A stretch of 63,035 nucleotides of DNA, counting the filler, from Octopus bimaculoides (Eukaryota), in the NCBI RefSeq assembly GCF_001194135.2. It is 3 parts of 2 records of this genome, joined end to end, with 100 filler letters (N's around TTAATTAATTAA, not from the genome) between each part and the next. Parts side by side here need not be neighbours in the genome. Positions count along the whole stretch, not along the records: positions 21,151 to 51,927 come from NC_068985.1; positions 52,028 to 63,035 come from NC_068981.1; 1 more part is not named here. One strand, written 5' to 3'. Shown piece by piece: positions 51,243 through 63,035 of the stretch. Numbering within the stretch: the first letter of the stretch is position 1; each line of letters begins with the position of its first letter. The notes under the pieces are model-generated. The model was not told the origin of the DNA. It saw nothing but the letters and a program-made list of their open reading frames with translations, and ran no database searches. The position numbers were made by a program, and so were the translations under genes.

Positions 51243-51632
51243 CGCAGGAGTGGCTGTGTGGTAAGCAGCTTGCTTACCAACCACATGGTTCCGGGTTCAG
51301 TCCCACTGCGTGAAACCATGGGTAAGTGTCTTCTACTATAGCTTTGTGAGTGGTTTTTGTTAGACGGAAACTGTAGGAATCCCGTCGTATATATATGTAT
51401 TTGTGTGTGTGTGTCTGTGTCTGTGTTTGTGTGTCTGCTTTTGTCCACCCAACATCACTTGGTGACCGATGCCGGTGTGTTTACATCCCCGTAACTTAGC
51501 GGCGCGGCAAAAGTAACCGATATAATAAGTACTAAGCTTACAGAGAATAAGTCCTGGGGTCGATTTGTCCGACTAAAGGCGGTGCTCCAGCATGGCCGCA
51601 GTCAAATGAGTGAAACAAGTAAAAGAATAGAA
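51243..51632 (+). mobile_element. SINE family A, near full length
   Basis: Head, CORE-like segment, microsatellite and tail present. Confidence 0.8.
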
Positions 51633-51687
51633 AGAATATATGCATACACACACACATATACATATATATATACATACATATATACAT

Positions 51688-51735
<48 letters not shown>

Positions 51736-52112
51736 ATGTATACGCATACATACACATTTTTACTCTCCACCGCACACATAAAAGCCACCATCTTTTCACC
51801 ATAATATATCGATGATATATCGATTCTCTGGTACCTACTTCTTTTCCACACTCGTTGAACAAGTTATTTCCCGGATCTGCAGAGTTGGTACAGAAACAAT
51901 TTTAACGAATCAGTTAAAGACGTGCTANNNNNNNNNNNNNNNNNNNNNNNNNNNNNNNNNNNNNNNNNNNNTTAATTAATTAANNNNNNNNNNNNNNNNN
52001 NNNNNNNNNNNNNNNNNNNNNNNNNNNATATATATATATATTATATATATATATATGTTTGTATATATACATATATATATATATGAATGTGTGCGTATGA
52101 ATGTATATCAAA

Positions 52113-52161
<49 letters not shown>

Positions 52162-52542
52162 AATGTAAACGTTTTCGTATACGTATACCGTTCTGGATTC
52201 TTCGTTACCGTCTGCTATCTTTTCCGTAGACATTTGAACTTTTTGATATAGCTATGATTAATTCTCAATTAGTTATACACCGCTCTCAGTGAAAAGTAGA
52301 TGAATTTTAACGTTTGCCGTAAAGTATATATGCAATCATTTTCCGCATATACACGTATATACAGGCACTACTAGACACACGCGCAAACACATACACCCAC
52401 ACATAAAGCTGCTCGTACGTACAGATACACACATGCTAAAATGTTATTGCATAAAAGAGAAAAGTTCCGTAATATATGTAAGAAAATTATTTATTTGTTC
52501 GAATTTCTCACTACGTTCATACTACGCATGCGCTTGCATACA

Positions 52543-52573
<31 letters not shown>

Positions 52574-52869
52574 GCGCCAAACACGCATACCTATATGGGT
52601 ATGTATACACACATGTAGACACACGCGCACACAAATACACACACATGTGCGCGCGCGCGCACACACACACACACACACACATAGGCACATCTGATAAGAA
52701 TCTTCATGGACGTGGTTAATTTGCATAAGGTATTACTCGCTAATGCTTGCATCACTCAACATACATACATTCATGCGTATATACACGCATACATACATAC
52801 ATCACAGACAAACACACACATATATACATTTACAGATATATAAATATATATATATATATNNNNNNNNNN

Positions 52870-52906
<37 letters not shown>

Positions 52907-53463
52907 TATAAGTATGTAGTATGTATAATGTATATTTGTATGTATATGTACGTATATATTCACCCAGACAAATGTTTTACGGATGGAAAGCAATATTTTT
53001 TTTTCCTTATGGTGGATTAACGTAATAGTTATACTTAAATATACTTCAACATTACCATGGCTTTAAATGGTAATCATAGATAGCAAGAAAGGATAACGTG
53101 CGTAAGTACAGAAAGACGTATTTTAAAGGATTTTTCTCGGACAGAAACTGCACCTCTTGGTCTTTCACTTACCTACATAAAATCTTGATAGAATTTTTAT
53201 AATAGAGCTGCTTCTAATGCATAATTCGAATTAAGGATACGTAGTGCTACAATAACGAATTTGTTAAATAATATTATACGATAACAATATGAACTGTTAC
53301 AGCAATAAATATATGTTGCAATAACACGTAATAACAATTTTTTTTTATTCTTATGTATGCATTCTGAGCTATGTTAAATTCCGTTAAACTTCGGGTGTCC
53401 GAGCTCGCTGTAGAGTATCATTGATTAACTTCTTTATACAAGAACTATGCCAAATATATGTGA

Positions 53464-53510
<47 letters not shown>

Positions 53511-53584
53511 TATACAGATGTGCATACATGCATATATACATGCATATATATATGTATATATGTGTGTGTATGTATATGTGCATT

Positions 53585-53620
<36 letters not shown>

Positions 53621-55466
53621 CACATATATATATTAGTGTGTGCATAAGTATATACATATAAATATATACACACACACAAATACACTGTAGTGTTTGGTTA
53701 GGATAGTAATACCATAATACCTGTAATATATCAGGGCTGAGTCAATTTTCCATAATGCCTACCACTTCCCAAAATGGCCTCTCAATTGTCAATATGTTTT
53801 CTATTTTAATAAGTCAGTATCTTTGCTTGAAGTCAATACTAACTGTTAACTGGTGTTTGCCTGATTAGAATTTGCTCCTGGCCGAGCTTATAGGGTACTA
53901 CTTCACGTGACTGATTTAATCGGGATGATCAGTGACACTTTGCTTAAAAACAAATAGCTAAATCGGTTCTAATATATTCAATATAGAATTACGAGAACTT
54001 TTAATTAAACTTATCACCACCACCACCCATAGTAAGAGGGGGAAATAGTCTAGAAAGGGGAGACAACCTCAAAATTTTAGTTTTCAAGTCGACGGTTGAA
54101 CACTTCGTGTCCCGCCAACGCCACAGCACTTTAATCATAATTAGTACACTTAATTCTCTGTTGTTACCGCTACGATGAGTGTGAGTACTGTATAATTACA
54201 TTTATGTTTAGAACTCCCTCAGTTATAAACCTCTTATGGTGCTAGAGTAGACCACAGGTGTCTTCAAACCAGAATCTGTAATGCTTCTCTGTGCCTTGCT
54301 CCTGTATTCGGGACATGGTTATGCTTACAAAGTAAGTCAACATTTTATCTGACTATTGACTCACCGTGCTGATGTATCCATTAATTGGTGACTGCCTATT
54401 ATCAGCAAGAAGTAAATTCCGTGGCTACGATTTCTATATTACATCCTGTTACACCGACGACAAATTGAAGCGCAATGTTTGTCCGGTTCCACTCTGGTTC
54501 CTTATATAATATGAGAAATACGTATTAAAGCAAATATGCTTGCAAGATAGAATAAAATACGTACAAAGGAGATTATAACTTATTTATGTAATAGTATGTA
54601 ACAAACATTAGGTATACAATACTCGACGCTAGATCTGCCGTTTCAATTCCTAATTTCATAATGTCGAATTTGAACACCTTAAAAATGTGATAAATACTTA
54701 TTCTGGTGGTGGAATAAATGTATAATAATAAGCCATCTGAAAGTTTCATAATTTTGTCTAAATTAACAGAACAATATCCTGTAAACCAGTCTTCAAAATA
54801 TCACTGAAGATTTCGTTGATTTATAACGACTCTAGGAAGGATATATCGAAGTAATTTCCTATCCTTTTTCTCTAGGTCTTTGTAGAGATTTGAATTTATC
54901 GCAGCAAGCCAATGAAAAACTTCAGTTATACAGAGAAGTCGATGCTTAACATTAGTAAATTTTAGGGACCCAATGAGGAAAAGTTTATGTGGTCGCTGGA
55001 CCTGTTAAAAATATCAACCAAATCTCACTCTACTATCTTAAAAAAACGTTAGAACACATCGCCTGATAAAATTCTAGATGCGTTACCTCCAGAAAATGCT
55101 GGGATGGTCACAATGTTACAATGCCATTGATCATAAATCTGTTACTGATGTTGTTTGTTTGGTTAGGGCTAACTGTATTCTATTTACAAGATGAACGGGG
55201 CTAATGTGAGTTTTGAATATTCCCCAGGGACATAACACATTTTTGGTAACTTAGTATAAAACAATAATCCTTAAAGTCAGTTTGTTAAATTAGAGCCACA
55301 CTAGTTTCCATTGTCGATATTATCCGAAGCGTTTTATCGATTGATGTTGATTGTTTTAGATTTTAACTACTCCTCAGGGTGAGTTTTTTTTTTTTCTGAT
55401 TGCTTGAATAATCTTAGTCTATCAAAGATTTTACTTTTTAAGATAAATGTTATATATATACATACT

Positions 55467-55510
<44 letters not shown>

Positions 55511-55671
55511 GATTAAGCTTGGTTATATAAGTCTTTAGTGTGCAGAACGTCCTCCTGAAGTATTTTCTCTCAGCCACTCTGTTAGTACCCTAATGACTCG
55601 GCCAGCAACCTCTCTCTCCCTCTCTCCTCTCTCTCTTTCTTTCTTTCTTTCTTTCTCTCTTTCTCTCTTTT

Positions 55672-55702
<31 letters not shown>

Positions 55703-56559
55703 TGTTTTTATCCCTCTCTCTCCCCCTCTCTCTCTTGTTTTATATTCCTCTCTCTCTCTTTCTTGTTTCTATTTTATTCCTCTCTGAGAAACTTTATCGT
55801 AACAAAACCTTAAATATGTCGCTAAGTTGTTTCTTTGTTTACTATAATATTACTTATTGTTATTTCTAATAGATTCTATGTTAGAAATAGAAATGAAACT
55901 TTAATATACTTACAGCTCATTCTGGGAGGTTAATTTTTCTTTTATTTGATAGCTCAAGTTGGAATGATTGATCATTGGCTCTTGGGGACCCTCCAAGAAT
56001 GCAGAGGTGGCATGGCTGGATGAGGTTAGTACGGTTAAATGTTTAGTTTGGATTTAGAGATATATAGGAGTTTAGTGAATGACAAATTAGTTACAATTTA
56101 CATTCATTTCAACTGATTCTTGGCTCGTAGCTTGCCAAAGCGCTAGTTTCACACAACTAAACAAACCGTTCATAGTTTGTACCCTACCTCAGACGATGTG
56201 ATGTGTCAATGATGAACACAATGTTCAATACCTCGTGTGATTTGTTGAAGATAAACACCAGGTCTCTTGGGGAGATGTTTAGGCTTCGTGCTTGCTCGAA
56301 TAAAACAAAGGAGGACTCTCCACTGTATCTTCGCTCCAAGAATATATACTACGTACGAAGCAGCTACACGATCACAAGTCGTCACCGTCGACTCAATACT
56401 AAATATTATTACTATAGTAATACGTAATACGTAATACGTAATAATTAAAGATGGAAGGCAACTGGACTTTTCTGAGTTCAAAGATTACTCTTGTTTTCAC
56501 TCCTCCAAAGTTGTTGATGTTTCGTCCCCAGCCAGCTTTGATTAACTGAACATATTCTT

Positions 56560-56775
56560 TTCTTTTATTCTTTTACTTGTTTCAGTCATTTGACTGCGGC
56601 CACGCTCAAAGGGTGTTAGTCGAATAAATCGACCCCAGGACTTATTCTTTGTAAACCTGGTACTTATTCTTTCGGTCTCTTTTGCCGAACCGCTAAGCTA
56701 CGGGGATATAAACACACCCGCATCGGTTATCAAGCGATGGCGGGGGGACAAACACAGACACACACAAATATATAC

Positions 56776-56847
<72 letters not shown>

Positions 56848-56985
56848 GACGGACTTCTTCCAGGTTCCTTCTACCAAATCCACTCACAAGGCTTTGGTCG
56901 GCCCCAGGCTACAGTAGAAGACACTTGCCCAAGGTGCCACGCAGTGGGACTGAATCCGGAACCATGTGGTTGGAAAGCAAGCTTG
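56560..56985 (-). mobile_element. SINE family A, near full length
   Basis: Reverse-complement similarity. Confidence 0.8.
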
Positions 56986-58340
56986 GTCAAAGGTTTCCAC
57001 AAAGTGATCATCCATCTTTCCAAACATTGTCCAGCAAGGTGTATCGAGTCGCTTTTTCCAGCAGGTTAACGTGTCACGTAGACATTCCTTCAACAGTTCG
57101 ATAATGTTGGTGAAACCAACTCCTAAATTAATAAAATAATTGATTAAAATAATTAAAATATTTAAAATAGTTGATTAAAATAATTGATAAAATAGACTGC
57201 AATATTAAACCGGGGTTGGTTTTATCTATTCAGCCTATCTCTTTAAAACTGGTTTATCACTTAGTGAAATGGGATTCCATTCTTGGCAGATTGATAATCA
57301 TTAAAGTATTGGACAAAATATGTTGCAGTATTTAGTTACAACCTTTTACATTCTGAGTTCAAATCCTAACAAGTTCGACTCGGCCCTTCCTTCTTCAAGG
57401 GATCACTAAAATAAAGTACCAGTCAAACATTAAGATCAATTTAATCAACTAACCCCACTCCCAAGTTCGTGAGTTTGTGCCTACGTTACAAACCATCACT
57501 ATAAGTATTTATAAAGAGAGATAGATTGGCGCGAACGGTAGAGCATTGGTCTAGTCAATTGATTTATAGACTGTTCTTCTTTCCCATGTGGTCCTGTACT
57601 CGTGCTAGAAATAATTATTATAAATGTTTATATAACTTTACAATATAAAATTTGACAACAATTATATATATATATATATATATACATGTATAAAAACAGA
57701 CACATGTATATATTTGGAAAACTTTGAAATGTAATATTTTGTGTACTCGATGAACTGATTCTCATACTCTGGTTTCGATTCTCGAAGTAAACCATTTCAT
57801 TCAAGTCATGAATACTGTAATGCAACCTCCTAAGTTCATTTTCCACTTTGCAGTGTAAAACAAATATGTCGTTGTTCTGCTGTGTATATACTTTCATATG
57901 CCGACGAAAGGGCATAGGGAAATAAGTACAAAAAAATATTTTTTAATGTATAAGTGTGAGATTGCGTGATGTTTGTGTTGAAAGGGAAAAGAGAACTATA
58001 CATATATATATATATATATAGGTTCATTGATATACGTTTGTATCTATGCAATATAGAGTTTGTTATATGTTGGGAGTGTAAAGTTCATTGATTCCCTTAT
58101 ATAATTTTCTTTTATATTTTCGATTTTGTTAATTTTACATGTCTATATGTGTTTGCACCAATATATGTATGTATGTATGTATGTATGTATTGCATGCAAA
58201 CTGAGAATCATGGCGGTTATATTCATAACTAATGACCAGTGCTAAAAACACGCGCGCACAAGCACACGCACACACACACATATACACACATCTATGTATA
58301 TGTGTGTGTGTAGGTGCGTGCATGCGTGTGTGTGTGTGTG

Positions 58341-58777
58341 ATTATTCAGTTTTATTTCCAGATTTCTTGCCAATAGAGAAAGATCTAAGGCTCCTTCATT
58401 GGAATTTCAACAACAGTGAGGGTATTTTTGTATGTATGTATGCATGTATGTATGTATGTATGTATGCATGTACACGTGCATATTTGTATCTGTTGTTTTA
58501 TATATGTATTCTCATGCATATAGTTGCATATCTAGACATGCTCATATATACTTATATGATAAATGTCTAGAAAGTTTTACAGATTTTTACTATTCCAATG
58601 ATGGCTTGGATCTGTAATCTTCGAATCAGCTTTCTCCTTTCTGGTTTTGAGAATCCTAATTTCTCCAGATTGGTATTTAGGCAGTGTGTTACATACCCCG
58701 GTGCCCCAATAATTACAGGTATAAACCTGAACTTGTAATCTGGATAGAGTAACTGCAGATCTCCCAATAGCTCATTT
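58341..58777 (-). mobile_element. 5'-truncated R4/Dong-like element: endonuclease C-terminus plus 3' UTR
   Basis: NELLGDLQLLYPDYKFRFIPVIIGAPGYVTHCL..LGFSKPERRKLIRRLQIQAIIGIVKICKTF*; 5' end abuts (CATA)n. Confidence 0.75.
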
Positions 58778-59255
58778 ATGTATGTATGTATGTATGTATG
58801 TATGTATGTATGTATGTATGTATGTATGTGTACACACACACCCACGAAAGAAAAAATTGGTTGTGATTTCGAAGATTCAGGTTGCTCGCCATCACGATGC
58901 TTCTTTCTTCTTTCAATAAGGGGAAGAAAGTTGGCCTGCTCACCTACCAGCGGAGTGGCGTCATTCGAAAGCTACAATGATGCAAAGTGCATTGTGAACA
59001 GCGATGTATAACAACATCTAATATTCTGGTCGGTCATATGATCATGTGATATGTACATTTTCACACACACATACACACACACACTCATATACACACATAT
59101 ACATATATGCATGCACACGTNNNNNNNNNNNNNNNNNNNNNNNNNNNNNNNNNNNNNNNNNNNNNNNNNNNNNNNNNNNNNNNNNNNNNNATATATATAT
59201 ATAAAGACATATACATACATGTTTATGCATGCATGTTTACGTGTGCATGCATATA

Positions 59256-59290
<35 letters not shown>

Positions 59291-59559
59291 CAATATTTTC
59301 AGAATGAGACAAAAAACTAAGGCTGTGAATATTTTAGAACATTTATAAATAGGTCTTACAGCTGTTTCCAGGAGACGGTGTGAGAAGATGGTTGAGCAAT
59401 AGTTAATTTAGTTAAGATATGAAATAGAGAGTGAAGTGGAAAAATGAAAATAGACGTGAGATATGCAGGGATATTGCATTTGTAGATCCATTATTTAGGT
59501 AGAATGGTATACATATAAGATTCCAATAGTATTTAGAATTGGTGCCGGGTCAATCACCA

Positions 59560-61145
59560 TAACAATAACCAGAGCAACCTATTCGACATAACCATGGGAT
59601 CATCTGATTCAGCTCAGATCACTGACTTGGACTATATATATACTACATCAGCTCCATATACATTTCCCTAACATCAAGGGAAGCCTATACAGGGACGACG
59701 CTTTACTAATTACCAAATGCATAAATAAATCTTCCTTAGAAAGAACTAGAAAGGAAATACATAAATTCTTCTTCAACCTAAGCCTATCTATCACATTCGA
59801 AAACGCTCACAAAACTGCTAACTTTCTTGACGCAACTCTAAACCTATCAACTTCCCAATACTTCCCTTATCACAAACCTGATCAATATCTTAAATGCCGT
59901 AACATCCACTCCAATCACCACAAATCCACTTTCAATGACATAGTCAAGGGCATCTCAACCTGCATATCCGACCTCTCTTCCACTAAGGAAATTTTCAATA
60001 ATCACGAACCATATTATAATCAAGCACTCGCCGCTATCGACTGTTCCCAACAAATAGAATATATTCATAACACCAGGCTCAAACAATATATATCTCAAAT
60101 CACATCTCAAACACGCACCAACCATCACAATCGCAACCAACCACACACACTCGGACGCTCTATTCTGTGGTACACACCCCCATTCTCACTTAACGTTAAG
60201 AACATAGGTAAATCCTTCTTTAAAATACTAGACTCTAACTTCCCTCGGCAACATAAATATCATTCTATCTTTAATCGATCCACCCTGAAACTATCTTAAT
60301 CTACCCCACCCAACTTCGAATCTATTGTAGCAGCCTCTAATAAGCAAAAGCTTTATCTTCACTATCAAAACTCACATAATTACAACTCTAGCCATACGAA
60401 CACTCAACACACACACATCTCCAGCACAGATACCCTTACATTAGACCACAACCACAACCCAACCCATCCTGCTGACACTTCCCAGAACACCACCACAATC
60501 TCTACCACCCTTACAAATAGTACAATTAATAACAACAATAGTAATAATAGCAATGATGGTAATGATAACGTTAATAATACTAATAATCTAGAATCTTCTA
60601 TCCCCTTCTCTAACCTCTCTGACGATATTACCTCCTCTATTCCCGAACACATTCCCCAAAATTCACCTAATTGTAATTGCCGTCCTGGAACCATCTGCCC
60701 GTTACAAACCCATTGCAGAAGATATAATGTAATTTACAAATGCACTGTCCTTAATCTATTACACAACTCTACAGCCATATACATAGAATCAACCAAAAAT
60801 TTTAAGCAACGATATGCCGCTCACCTCCATTCTTTTAGATACGATAAACATAGTAAATCTACAACACTCGCCAACCACATACATCATCTCAAAAATACAA
60901 ATATACCCTATACTCTATCATGGCCCATACTGGATTCAGGGTTTCCCTACCGAGGTCAACGCTCAACCTGCAAGCTTTGCCTGAAGGAGGCACTTCAAAT
61001 ATTAAAGCACGACTATCCAGCACTACTAAATAAACATAATGAGGCACTAAGCACATGCAACCACCGCTTTTTTCGCACATACAGATACACGTATATATGG
61101 ATGTGCATGTGTACATATACATATGAGTATGAGTTGTATATGTAG
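59560..61145 (+). pseudogene. Penelope RT plus Cys-rich linker plus GIY-YIG endonuclease, disrupted
   Basis: FDITMGSSDSAQITDL (frameshift) ..SLYRDDAL..NFLDATLNL..ILWYTPPFS..IFNRSTLKLS*(60297)..CNCRPGTICPLQTHC..VIYKC..YIESTKNFKQRYAAH..CKLCLKE..LNKHNE..C.H; not in the ORF track. Confidence 0.9.
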
Positions 61146-61895
61146 ATATTGATATGTATAAATATCAGTATAAATATATATATATACATGTCTAATATAT
61201 GCATCTGTATACATCTTCACATATATTTTCTTCTACTACTAAGCACTGACCTGTCCAACCACCTAATCTATATTCCTAAATTCTTCATTCCACCATATTA
61301 CTACCCCTCTCTCTGCCCCATCACTTAGACTCTATCACTACCTAACTGACACTCCTTCACCTTTTACACTATTATACCTCTCTCTCTCTCTCTATCACCC
61401 CCATTCCTTCTATCTGACACTCCTTTATTCTTTACATTATCATCTTTTTAGAGTCTAATATCTTCCTCTCTCTATCACCACAAATCCACTTTCAAGTTAT
61501 CTTGACTGGCCACTAACTGGTACACTTTTCCTATCTTCATCTCTTTATTATCTCTCCCTTGTTTTTCTTTTTCCCTTTTTTTCTCTTTTCTTTATTCCTC
61601 TCTTCCTGTTTTCGATTTGACCTTACAAATACATTCCCTACTTTTAGGTCACCTTAAATAAAAACCCCGATTCAATAGCACGGTATACAAACTCTATACT
61701 TGGAATGCTCAATTTTAAATACTATTGGAATTTACTCACAAGGTATTGGAATCTTATATGTATACCATTCTGCCTAAATAATGGATCTACAAATGCAATA
61801 TCCCTGCATATCTCACATCTATTTTCATTCCTCCATTTCACTCTCTATTTCATATCTTATTTAAATTAACTATTGCTTAACCATCCTCTCACACC

Positions 61896-61943
61896 TTCTC
61901 CGATTAGGGGATATAATAAATATCCTGGAAACGGCTGTAAGAC
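61896..61943 (+). ncRNA. Degenerate hammerhead ribozyme motif in the Penelope terminal repeat
   Basis: TTCT-CCGATTA-GGGGATA TAATAAA TATCCTG-GAAAC-GGCT-GTA-AGAC; core differs from CUGAUGA at positions 4 and 8. Confidence 0.6.
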
Positions 61944-62819
61944 CTATTTATAAATGTTCTAAAATCTTTACAGCCTTGGTTTTTTATCAACCCTATCAAC
62001 TCGTTTCTGATATATGTACGTATATCCTCTTCCTCTTCCTCCTCCTCCTCCTCCTCCTCCTCNNNNNNNNNNNNNNNNNNNNNNNNNNNNNNNNNNNNNN
62101 NNNNNNNNNNNNNNNNNNNNNNNNNNNNNNNNNNNNNNNNNNNNNNNNNNNNNNNNNNNNNNNNNNNNNNNNNNNNNNNNNNNNNNNNNNNNNNNNNNNN
62201 NNNNNNNNNNNNNNNNNNNNNNNNNNNNNNNNNNNNNNNNNNNNNNNNNNNNNNNNNNNNNNNNNNNNNNNNNNNNNNNNNNNNNNNNNNNNNNNNNNNN
62301 NNNNNNNNNNNNNNNNNNNNNNNNNNNNNNNNNNNNNNNNNNNNNNNNNNNNNNNNNNNNNNNNNNNNNNNNNNNNNNNNNNNNNNNNNNNNNNNNNNNN
62401 NNNNNNNNNNNNNNNNNNNNNNNNNNNNNATATATATATATATATATATATAACAGCTCCAAAAAGCTGGGATTACTATCAATAAGTGACGAGTCAATCG
62501 TTGTAACCTTTGTACTGATACAGTCATTCATACAGACGGAGAGAAAAAATAATGAAAACTAACGGGCAACTAAAAAGGCAAAGACATATGAGAGAACAGG
62601 CTAGGGATAGAATAACAGAAGAATAAAAATGAGAATAGACGCAGATTCTAAGGAAGGCAGAACAGTGTGTGGTAAAAAACATGTTTCGGTGTTCAGAAGG
62701 TTGAAGTTATGCAGTTTGTTATGCAATGAATGTCTTTACAATTTACAATGTAGTTGGCTCTGTTTAGCCTCTTTGACGTGGCTTTTCACGTTTAGTATCG
62801 TTTCGCATTTTGCTTTCCT

Positions 62820-62851
62820 TCGCCCCTTCTACCTTCTTCCTTTTCCTCTAT

Positions 62852-62906
<55 letters not shown>

Positions 62907-63002
62907 TCTCTCTCTATCAGCTGTCTCTCTGCCTTTCCCTCTTTTATTCTTGATCATTTTATATCTTCCTCGTTCTTTTCTTTTGTTTTTCACTTCCTCT
63001 TC

Positions 63003-63035
<33 letters not shown>
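62820..63035. repeat. (CT)n / pyrimidine-rich microsatellite
   Basis: Direct reading. Confidence 0.95.

Larger units (their letters stand above)
59298..62010 (+). mobile_element. Penelope-like retroelement, 5'-truncated, with an inverted copy of its 3' terminal repeat at the 5' end
   Basis: 59298-59540 is the reverse complement of about 61715-62010; RT and GIY-YIG coding lie between them. Confidence 0.9.

Noticed and set aside
56203-56481. Overlapping ORFs on both strands in a GC-richer patch
   Set aside because: No recognisable motif; possibly an old LINE fragment but not supportable

Overview
Gene-poor, AT-rich, gap-ridden eukaryotic genomic DNA, almost entirely transposon relics and microsatellites. 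The SINE/LINE families point to an octopus (coleoid cephalopod) draft assembly; this is inference from recalled families, not a database match. No intact host gene, rRNA, tRNA or CRISPR array could be supported, and most long ORFs in the track are N-gap or microsatellite artefacts. Recognisable elements: an internally deleted Ty3/gypsy LTR element with both LTRs and a tRNA-Ser PBS; fragments of RTE, CR1, L1/Tx1, R4/Dong-like and Hero-like LINEs; a 5'-truncated Penelope-like element whose RT and GIY-YIG frame is absent from the ORF track; deleted mariner, Tigger and Charlie-hAT DNA transposons; several MITEs; and many tRNA-derived SINEs. The most interesting signal is three independent fold-back (inverted-repeat) elements, each carrying a minimal hammerhead-ribozyme motif with a palindromic helix III. 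One is a 442-bp non-coding insertion (25180-25621) with an 11-bp target-site duplication and an intact catalytic core. Coordinates were read by eye and repeat boundaries may be off by several bases.
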